From the NCBI GenBank assembly GCA_050084985.1, contig JBITNC010000002.1, positions 28,458,001 through 28,522,000 on the forward strand: a stretch of 64,000 bases of DNA. Reading direction: 5' to 3'. Positions 50,701 to 61,012 of this stretch are shown in pieces. Positions within the stretch are counted from its first letter, which is position 1. Every line of letters begins with the position of its first letter. Under the pieces are notes generated by a model that did no database searches, was not told where the DNA came from, and saw only the letters and a list, made by a program, of their open reading frames with translations. A program made the translations under genes and the position numbers. The DNA comes from Nageia nagi (taxonomy: Eukaryota; Plantae; Pinophyta).

Positions 50701-52898
50701 GCATTATTTTCTCAATTTGCATTTATTTATCACTTTGTAAAATACTCAGCGTGCATTTTTTTTTAATGTAGATAGACATGCAATATTTTATCTAACATGC
50801 TATAGATAAAAAATTAAGTAAAGAATTATACAATTTTCCCCCTTTTACTTAAAATTTTATCCTAAAGATAGCATGCTATTTTTACTTAGAATTTTAACTA
50901 AGGAAAGAGGAAAAAAATTAGCTAAGTATTATTGCCTACAATAAGCTTTAAAAAAGGCTTAATTAATGTAATTTTAGGCATTAAAAAACATCTACTTCAA
51001 TAATTCATTTTCTCCATTTAAACAAGTGTTTAATAGGTTATGATGCTCCTACTAGTACTTGAAAAAAAAAAGTTAAATATATTAAATGAAATTTACCAAA
51101 GCACTCCAAGTAAAGTTTTAAAAAAATACTTTCAATTAGATTTTATTCATAATGGAGTACTTCTTAGTAAGCAAATAAATGCATTTAGGTAAAAGTGATG
51201 GCTACCCCTCCCTTACCAAGAAGGAGAATACATTGTTCTGCAAGTACATTTAATAAAGGCCAAAAAAAAGGTTGCAAGAAATCAATTAAATGCACAGACA
51301 AAAAAGGAACCTCCACCTTTATTCTAAGGCAAGAAGGAGGGCAATGTCAAAAGGAATGCAGAGTGGGAGAAGACCGCCGTGGGCTCTAGTAGCTAAATTA
51401 AAAATCGATCTAGCAGATGATCGGACTAGAAAAAAAAAACTTCCACCTTGCCCTCCAAACCGACCAAGAAGATGACGTGGTGGTCACCTCCAACCACTGG
51501 CACCCCCATGTGGAGGAGGCCGGGAGGCTCGAGCGGCAAGCTGCGAAGAGAAGACAATAGATAGGTAGGCGCAAACAGTGGAACGAGGAGAAGGTCAAGA
51601 GGCGCGGGCCAAGGAGAGACAACGGTCAGAGCCACCCAACACGTTGATGTTTTTTTTACTAATTTTAGGGGGTTCAAGTCAGCGTGGCCGAGCAAGGTTC
51701 AAGAAAAAAAGGGCTCGACTGACTTCCCTCTGTCACAGCCGCGCCATGAAGTCAACCGCACCATGGGCCACCCTCTCATGGATCTCAAGTCCACATGGCC
51801 TATCAGGGGTTCAAGGTGTTGATTTCGAATTTTTGATTATCAACAGACCCCCTCTGAATTTTTTGTAAAAAAAACTTTTTTATTATTAATTGTGTATACT
51901 AATCCCTTCTCCCCTTTTTTTTAATAAAAAAATAACCTTTTAATATAAAAGATTATAGCAACATAGAGAGCAAAATTTAAAAAAAAAAAACATTGCAAGT
52001 AAAAAAATAGTATCAACATATGAATTGCATCATACTGCTAGTTCTAAGTACAAAAAAAAAACTAACACATAGCAAAAAATATGTTAGTATTGATATTATA
52101 CAAATTTGTATACTAACTCTTTTTAAAATATATATATATATAACAATTTTGAAGAAAAAATTGCAAGTAATCATAGGAAGTTAGTATAGATAAAAAAATG
52201 TACTAACCATATTTTGCTTAAAAAAGAACTAACATAACAAAAAATATGTTAGTAGCATAATGCAATAATCCAAAAAAAATAAGGATGTTTGTACCTTCAC
52301 AATACTTTTACCTCAACAAGAAAGAGTAGGATGAGGAATGAAGAAAAAGAGTTTCCACACCAAGAAGAAGAGCTTCCACACTAAGCTCTGATACCAATTT
52401 GAAGGAACTAACACTAACAAAATAATTCCTAAACAACCAAGATCTCTTGAAAGCTCACAAATAACATTTAAACAACTCACAAAGCAATCTCACAACACAA
52501 CACAAGATGTAAGTGGTTCCTCCAACTAGGAGTACATCCACTAACTAGATCTTTACTTCAATCACAAATACAACTCTCTTACAATCCTCCTACACTCTTC
52601 TCCTAATCACTATCCTATAGCATAACTTTACCCTACAATTGGTGTGTAATCACAAAGAGGGAGCCTTCTATTTATAAGCCAAAATCCCTCTTTTGATTAC
52701 CTTTTTATCCAATGTACAAAAGCATGACATTCACATCCTTTTACCCAAGGGGCACGCTCATGATATGAAGTGTAGGACAAGTTACATTATCATATTCACT
52801 TAAATACTTAAGGTATCAAATGATACCCTTAAGTATTAGTGAACTTACATAGAAGATTATTACATAACCTTTACAATAATGCATTATACAATCCAACA
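44775..52898 (-). mobile_element. Full-length decayed Ty1/Copia LTR retrotransposon
   Basis: LTRs 44775-45269 and 52400-52898, TSD ACCCC, PBS TGGTATCAGAGC (52385-52396), PPT TAAGGAGAAG, domain order gag-PR-INT-RT-RH. Confidence 0.95.
45962..49853 (-). pseudogene. Copia gag-pol with stops and frameshifts
   Basis: WIVDSSCTNH, LVHSDLIGP, LRSDN, KARLVAKGF, LYVDDLLI, RTKHVEI. Confidence 0.95.
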
Positions 52899-53149
52899 AC
52901 CCCAAATATCGAATGTATCAAACTGACATTAAGTTAGGAAACACAAGAATTTAGCAACCACCAAAACATAACCACTGCCAGTTACAACAGTTTATCACAA
53001 AATCTCATATGAGGACAAAAAAGAACAAAGCATAGCCGCAAACTTAAACAGGAAGCTGAGGAGGGTGGAAATTGTCCACATCGCCCAAGTACTCCCAACC
53101 TTTATCACCTGGGTTTGATATATCTCAACCATCATTAGCATTAGTACCA

Positions 53150-53390
53150 TCGTTATTATTATTAATTTTATTATTTTAATTTTTTTTATCATTATTGTTA
53201 TTATTTTTATTATTATTATTATTATTTAAATTGTTATTGTTGTTATTTGTATTTTTTCTTATTATTATTATTATTTTGTTGTTGTTGTTGTTGTTGTTAT
53301 TGTTATTATTATTAATTATTATTGTTATTATTTTTTTTGTAATTGTTATTATTGTTATTTATTTATTTATTTATTATTATTATTATCATC
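53150..53390. repeat. (TTA)n/(TTG)n low-complexity tract
   Basis: Direct inspection; a second tract lies at 53895-54075. Confidence 0.95.
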
Positions 53391-54077
53391 TTGGGCTTTT
53401 AGGCAGTTACATGTTTAGGCGGTTACATGTCGTCGACTCTCTAACAAACAAAGCACATACATAATGCTACATGTTGCCAAGCAGTTATAAGGCCCAAAAG
53501 CCTTTTGTAGCTTCTACAACTTGGGCCGCACAGGCCACAACTAGATCTCATTTGCATTTCAAGCCATGAGATAAGATTAATGACCGAGGGTGAGTAGGTG
53601 GGCATCTACAATTTTCAAATGTAAAGCCATGCTTTATAACCTTTGCTAGCAGCATGTGCAGCCATGGAAGCTTCTACAATGTAGCTATGGACATCAATCC
53701 AATAATAGTTGAAAATGGTGTTTCATCAAATATTGTGGTAACGAATGGCTTTGATAGATATTTATGTTGTTTCCTAGCGCGTGCCACCATGAGGAGGCTA
53801 GACAAAGGTATCAACGTCCATTTATGGGTTATTGAGGCAAGACTCGAAGGATATGCACAAAACAAATACATTGAAAGCGTTCGTGAATTATTTGACAACT
53901 ATTACTACTATTATTACTAGTAGTACTATTACTATTGCTATTATTATTTTTATTACTATTGTTATTATTATTATTGTTGTTGTTGTTGTTGTTGTTTTTA
54001 TTTTCTTATTATTCGTTATTCTAATTTATAATTTATATTTAAAATTTAAAATTTTTATTTAAATTTTAAAATTTATA

Positions 54078-54957
54078 TGCCTATCCTTTCCCTTTCCTTT
54101 GCAAGGTCATATGCTTCACTCCTCGACCTCGCCCATTCCCTCGCCTCTTACGGGCTTGTAGTCACCCTTCTCACCACTCCTCACAATGAGCCCCTCCTCC
54201 ATTCCCTACTCACCATCGCTTCCTCATAGGGACTCCACATTCAACCTCTCATTCTCCCCCTCCCTCCGACAAATGGATTGCCTCCACATTCCAAAAACAT
54301 GGCACACTTCCCCTGCATCTCATTCTCAATCTCATTTACTCTTTCGAAGACCTGCCCCATCCAATACAATAGTGGTTACTTCAATAACAACAAGAGAATG
54401 ACGAAGGGTTTGGGCCTCCCACCTGTATGATAAGAGATTTCTTTATGGGTTGGACTTAGGACACCATCGCCAAGCTCAAAATACCCAAAGTAGTATTCTA
54501 CCCATTGGGAGCGTTTGCCATCTCCATTATTAACTCTCTGTGGAAACACCTCCTCCATGAAAGCGTGGAATCTAACAATGACGAATTCTCTATTCCCGAC
54601 CTTCCCATCCTCTTATCTTTCGAAAACTTTAAATACCTATGATGTTATAGAACTTTCAGAGAATGCATCCATCTTTGACTTCATCAGGTACATGATGGAT
54701 TTGACTGTGAAAAGTAAGGGCATTACTATGAACACCTTCGATGATTTGGAGTCTCTTTATTACACCATCTGGGGAAAGTTTTTGGCAAGCCTTTCTGGTC
54801 CATGGGTCCATTGCTTGCATCCGATGTGTTGCAGGATAAGCACGAATTCAACGTGGTTCATAGGGGCTACCATAATTCAATCAATGAATTTGCATATCTA
54901 TATTGGTTGGACTTGAGGAAGGAGAAATTTGTTGTGTATGTCTACTATGGTAGCTCG
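54078..54957 (+). pseudogene. UDP-glycosyltransferase (family 1, UGT89-like) N-terminal fragment
   Basis: PFPLQGH..LLDLAHSLASYGLVVTLLTTPHN, DFFMGWT, KIPKVVFY, MNTFDDLES, WSMGPLL, YWLD.RKEKFVVYVYYGS; ends before the PSPG box. Confidence 0.85.
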
Positions 54958-54979
54958 ATTGAGCTCTCCCAAGTACAAA

Positions 54980-55230
54980 TCCACGCATATGCAAAATGTG
55001 GAAGAATACGCAAAGCCCAAGAATTGTTCGACAAGAAGCATGATGCAGACACAGTTTCATGGAATGCAACGATCACAAGATATGCACGAAATAGATACAT
55101 CGAAAGGGCCCGTGAATTATTTAACAAGATGCATGATAAACACAGTTTGCAAGAATCACAGGATATGCACAAAACAGATACATTTTAAGGGCCAATGAAT
55201 TGTTTGAAAAGATGCATGATGCAGATAGGG
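54980..55230 (+). pseudogene. PLS-class PPR fragments (another at about 53820-53900)
   Basis: YAKCGRIRKAQELFDKKHDADTVSWNATITRYARNRYIERARELFNKM; EGYAQNKYIESVRELFD. Confidence 0.85.
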
Positions 55231-56099
55231 ATTGAAAGCAACTATATTACTATGTGAAAACCATGCAAACCTCTAGGATCAACGGCTAACAATGTCTCAA
55301 TGATGGCCAGTTGTAAGCGATTGCCAACCGTGGGATTAAAAACTAAGCTTCAAAAGCTCCTTCGATGTAATTATAAATATAAAATATATATAAAAGTGTT
55401 GATTTTTTTTTTTAAATATTCTTATGAAATTTTAATTAATCATTAACATCAAAATGCAAATATAATCAAGTTATCAAACGCGTGAAATTCAAAAATTCAA
55501 ATCATATTTCATTATCAAACATATATCATATATGAGAATATTTGCAAACTTTTGACAGTCGGAACTTGAAAGTAACAGTTGTAAATCTATAACAATGTAA
55601 ACTTGTAACAATATGCTTGCAAGTTGTAATAGTATGCTTGTTTGTAAGTTTGTAACAATTATAAACTTGTAAATAGTATCCTATATTTGTTTCTCATAGA
55701 TTGTGGAAAGTGGCAATCACCAATTGACAAGCTTGTTGCATGCATTTAAATTTTCTAGCTTGTACAACATGTTTTTCACAATTCTGTAGTTATAAATGTT
55801 TCTAAGCTTTATACAACATGTCAAAACCAAGTCCTTTCAAAAATGTTATTTCTACTAAAAATTTAAAATATTCAGGACTTGCATAGCACACCAAACCTTA
55901 AGGAAGCAATTGTCAAAATCATATAACAGGTTATAAAAGAAAAACAATTGCCCAACCATATGGGGCAAAGACATCTGGGAGTTTCCAAGATGTCGAGGGG
56001 ATGTCTAGACTTCCCCCACATGTCTCGAGCATGCCTTGTCCAGACGTTGGGTATATTTGCTTGTGTTCAACTTAATTGCACTTGAATTTGTAATTGGAT

Positions 56100-58260
56100 C
56101 TTTACATTAGATGACCTTCAGAAATCACTTGCCCCTTGTTCTGAACGGTTGATGAGGGAAACCTTAATCAGTTTTGAGAAGGATGATTATATATTTTGAG
56201 AAAGTCACATTTCCATCTTTCTCTGAAAAGGTGACCAGAGCATAGAGAAAGCACTTTGTCCAGAGGTGTACCATTTTCAAATTTGGAGTTCACCCGAGGT
56301 AGGAATGGAAGAAAATGAAGATCAACTTTTAACATTAGTTGCTTTAGAAATGTGTAATGTTGCGGAGATAAGGATAGTAAAAAGGAGAATACCTCGATAA
56401 AGTGACACCTATTTTCATGAAAAATGACATTTGTTCCAAGTAAAATCTATAAAAGAGAGACCTCAAGGGATCATTTACACATCGGTAGAAGCAAGTATGA
56501 GTTCCTCAAAGATGAGTCCTTCAAAGGCACAAAGTGCAAGATAAGATAATAAGGGCTAGAGCAAGTTTGGAAGAGCTAAAGGCTTCATCATGGCAATTCA
56601 CTACCCCAATGTGGTTGGATCCAAGTTTTTATGATTGTATCGCTTGTGCCAAAGTTGTGCAGCAAAGGAATAAACAAAAGGCTGAAAATACAATCCAGCA
56701 AGTGAAATGTAGGGAATCTTTTATTACCCCTCAAAGAAATACAATGTCCATCAACAGGACTATCTCAAAATGAAAGACGCCTGTCAAACCCTAGGAGTTG
56801 AAGGTCAACACTGAACAATTATAGGTAGAATGAGATATGGAAGAACTTTCTCTCCAAGTAACCCAATTCCTTGCAAAAAAAAAGGAATCAACACCACAAA
56901 GAAGCAGATTTCTATTCTGATAGATAATGTGACAATACTTCATAGGATACTGATTGGCGACCTGAATTATCAACATAAAAAGCTGGAAAGAATTAAAGAA
57001 TGTCTCTTTTACCTAGATTGGCTATAGTATGCAAAAGAAAAGACTCCAAACATGGTCATCACCAGTGCAAATTTTGTCAATAATTTTGGCCTATTTGATG
57101 TACTAGATACAAGGATACAAAAGATCTAGGATTTTCTCAATCAAAACTTTGAAGATCTTGAAGCATCAAACAAAGAGGAGCAAAACAAGGAAAAAGAACA
57201 TCCTATGAAGCCTTAGTTCAATAGTTGTGGTTACATGCATAAGGAAGTAGAATGAAACTTTTGTTGTAATACCTGAATCATGAGGATGAGTTGAGCTCCC
57301 ACAAATTCAAAGTCAATAATTTCAGCTATTTTTTATTTTATTAGTTTATAATCAGTACTTTGGCAGTATTAGGTTGTTAAAAAAATAATAATTAGGTTTG
57401 GCCCTTCAATTGTTTCAAAGGGTGTTGTGTTGTTAGATTTGTGTCAAACATTGTTGTCAGAACTTGACCCTTCAGTTGTTGCAAAGGGCATTTTTGGGTT
57501 GTGTCAGTCATGTTAGTTACTTTTCATTAAATGTTGGTTGTTAAATTAGGGCAACAATTGTCAGACTCAAATGTTATAAGTACCCCATGCGGGGTCACTT
57601 TTCAACTCAAAATGGAATGCAAAGAAGTTTGCCCAAGAACAATTGGCCTTTGGTGTTTATTCTTGAGTTGTGATTCTATATTGATGTGTTGATTGCTATT
57701 CGTTTAGTGGGGTTGTGGAATATTTTATACAATATCTTTAATAGTTGCTTATTCGCTTGTGAGCATTTCCTTTGAAAACTTCGAGTTTTAAGGAAAGAAG
57801 AACAATTATCTTTTGAAGTGATTAAGTAACTATCAGTTTCATACTTGCACATTAAGTGTTGTATTTTGGGAAATATTTGTTTCTATGTCATTTATGTGGA
57901 ATCTTGTATGCATAACAGTGACTAGTGATTGAATGTTGAATGCATCTGGTGTTGTCTTTACCACGCTCTGCTTCTTACTCATTTAAAGTTGTACTTCGAG
58001 CATTCTTGTTGTATACCTCTTTAATTTGATAACTACATAAAGATTCCCGCCAAACTCGGATCCTAGATCTTCCAAACCCTGCAATACTGGCGAATCGTCG
58101 TCATTCGTACTGAGTCACTTTGAGTTTCTTCCATTCTCAGCCTTTTTTCTTTATTTATTTTTCTTTTTGTTAACAAACCCCTACAACTTTCATTGAAGCA
58201 AGACCTGAATAGGTCCATATAAACTTGTGAGTTAATATTCTCGTCACTTGCTTTACTGAG
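56100..58260 (+). mobile_element. Retroelement 3' extra-ORF remnant (coiled-coil-like) followed by LTR-like sequence
   Basis: Chained broken ORFs 56534-57215, then a T/G-rich LTR-like region; family not identified. Confidence 0.4.
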
Positions 58261-58479
58261 TTGATCAACCTACCATTTTATATTGTCCAGAGGCACGATG
58301 GGTCTCTAGTAATTCTAGTCCTAGAGGTCATGAAGCCAAGTAGCCCCATAGGGTAGTCAGTCCCTTAGAATGGAGATAGGTAACGCTATCTCACCATATA
58401 TGTTAGTGAGGCCTCTTTCTCTTGCTAAGCCCACCTCCGTTTTGCCCTTGTAAGGTAGGAAAGAAATCAACACCAACAA

Positions 58480-59185
58480 AACCCTTTCACTAAATTCGTT
58501 GCAGGTCATGATAAATCACATTCATGAGTGGTTAAGCCATGATACCACCAATTAGAAGCAACTCCATCCAAATGCAAGGTTGCGAATTGCATCGCATCTT
58601 CCTCAAGCATAGGACTAAGAGTAAAAAATGTTTGCAAATTATGCAACCATGCTCTAGTTGTCAACTCCTTCTTTCCATCAAATAGCGAAATACTTTGCTT
58701 GACTTCTCTCTGGTGGCCTACAGAATGTTGATCACTGCTTACTCTTTCGCAAATTCTTCAAGAAACTCTGAAAAATGGCCAAAGCCTTGAGATCTTCATT
58801 CTTTCCTTGGTATTCTTTGAAAAGAGCATCCAACTCCTTGGGGCTCACAAAACTCGGGTCTTCTTGCCCTAGCAAAAACATGGGACGAAATGGGGAAGGC
58901 AAGGATGGAGGATGCATAGGGGGTGGACGTCCATGTGTGCTCCATGTGGGACCTTCTCTAGCTTCTAAATTCTACACAAACCTATGCATAGTGGGTCGAA
59001 CAATCATGGTTCCATCTGATCCAACCTTGGAGGTTGAACTGGATGATCATGGGTCAATCTCACCAAGTATTTCGCCATCTTGTCAATCACTATGTCCAAT
59101 TTTTGCTCAATCTTTTGGTCAAGATTGCTCACGCATCCGGTCCTCATGGCTCATAGGCTAGAAGGAGATCAACTTTGATACCACC
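58480..59185 (-). mobile_element. Gag 5' fragment with Met-type PBS, relative of the two cargo-bearing elements
   Basis: TTTGATACCA near 59173-59182; FDGKKELTTRAWLHNLQTFFTLSPMLEEDAMQFATLHLDGVASNWWYHGL. Confidence 0.8.
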
Positions 59186-59369
59186 ATAACATTACGTTTT
59201 AGCAAAAGTATTATTTTATTTAAAACGGCCAATTCCAAATCACAACAGTTTTGTAAATGAGCCTGAAAATCAGATCTAAAATTAATAGTAGTTGGGAGCC
59301 AAATAAAATATTCAAAATTCGTCCAAAAATTGCCCTAAGGCTGGATGTCACTCTCGAATGCTCAAAATT

Positions 59370-61012
59370 ATTGAGATAGAGCGAATAAGAGAGAAGAAGA
59401 AGAGAAAGTAAGAAAGTTTTCCTCCAAACAGACACAACGGAGATGAGAACTTTTTACATATTTGTGAAGTAAGAAAGATCTAGTTTGAGACTCACTACTT
59501 TGCCAAATACAATCATTAACCACAACTGGTTTCAATGTTCATGAAGTAGTCATCCAACTGGAAGTCATGAAGAGTCTCCAAGAGCCTACATCCCTAAAGT
59601 AAGTAACCTGCAAGTCATAAGCAGCTCGAATAACAAGATCAGTTAGATGCAACATATTCATATCAACAAGGATAGATGAATCACACAAATGCCATCATGA
59701 ACTGATCAATGGTGCACTATAAGTCATCATGAAGATGTCAAACCATAACTCATAGTCACGTGTTGTATATAAAACATGTGTTGATTATCATTACAAAATA
59801 GAACATGCACATACAAGTTCCTCACATATGGATAACTGAATAGTGTAAAAAAACACATAAGAGTTCCTCACACATGGATAACTGAACAATGCTAGATTGG
59901 CCAATCTTTTGCTTTAAAAATTTGTACAAGTTCCTCACGTGGAGCAAACTTACCACGAAGGTGTACAAAATCAACACTATACAGCAGAAAATCCTCATAG
60001 GGGTGAAGTTGTCATCACAAACATGAATTCAACACAAGAATTCAAACTTCACTCCCCTTTGAGGGCAACTTCACCAACCCGATAGCATCCTAAAGCTTAC
60101 TGAACAAAGCTTGCAAGAGGGGCTTGGTGAACAAATCAGCGGAGTTCAAGGTGGATGGACAATACTCCAGGTGTATAATGCCATCAAAAACCTTCTCCCT
60201 CATAAAATAGGCATGGATTTCCACATGTTTTGTTATCTAATGGAACACAGGATTCTTAGCCAAAGAAATAGCCGACTGATTGTCTAAAGAAATCAAAGAT
60301 AAGCCACCTTCCTCCTATCCAATTTCTTTCAGAAGATGCCTTAGCTAAATGGCTTTCTAGGCTGCAACAGGCATGGCACAGTATTCAACTTCTGTGGTGG
60401 AAAGAGAAACAATAAGCTACTTCTTGGAAGCCCAAGAGGTAGCACCTGAACCAATGCTAAACACATACATAGAGGTTGATTTCCTATCCTCTCTATCTCC
60501 CCCATAGTCAAAATATGAGAGTTGAACTATAACATGAACAACTCTAAACTCCCAAAATCACATGAAAGCTCATACTAACATCAAGATAACTCAAGAAGAC
60601 AATCTCACAAAGTGACATAAGATGTAAGTGGTTCCTCCAATTAGGAGTACATCCACTAACTATATCTCACTTCATTCACAAACATGAATCTCTTACAATC
60701 CTCCTAACTTCATCTCCTAAACACTATCCTAGAGCATAACTTTGCTTCACTAATTGGTGTATGATTACAATGAGGGAGCCTTTTATTTATAGGCCAAAAT
60801 CCCTCTTTGGATCACCCTTTTATCCAATTTACAAAAGCATGGCATGGACATCCTTTTACCCAAGGGGCATGCTCATGACATAGAGTGTAGGACAAGTTAC
60901 ATTATCATATCCACTTAAATAATTAAGGTATCAAATGACACCCTTAAGTATTAGTGAACTTACATAGAAGATTATTACATAACCTTTACAATAATGCATT
61001 ATACATTCCAAC
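59370..61012 (-). mobile_element. Deletion derivative of the same Copia family (3' UTR + RNase H joined to an LTR at about 60523-61012)
   Basis: 59370-60512 is colinear with 45290-46390; the LTR matches 52400-52898. Confidence 0.85.

Larger units (their letters stand above)
44685..53130 (-). mobile_element. 5'-truncated LINE-like 3' tail (poly-A at 44685-44699) split by the Copia insertion; parts 44685-44774 and about 52899-53130
   Basis: T15 tract with a LINE-like 3' UTR that continues on the far side of the Copia TSD. Confidence 0.45.

Noticed and set aside
53195-54062. Hydrophobic Leu/Ile-rich membrane-protein ORFs
   Set aside because: These are translations of (TTA)n/(TTG)n microsatellites.
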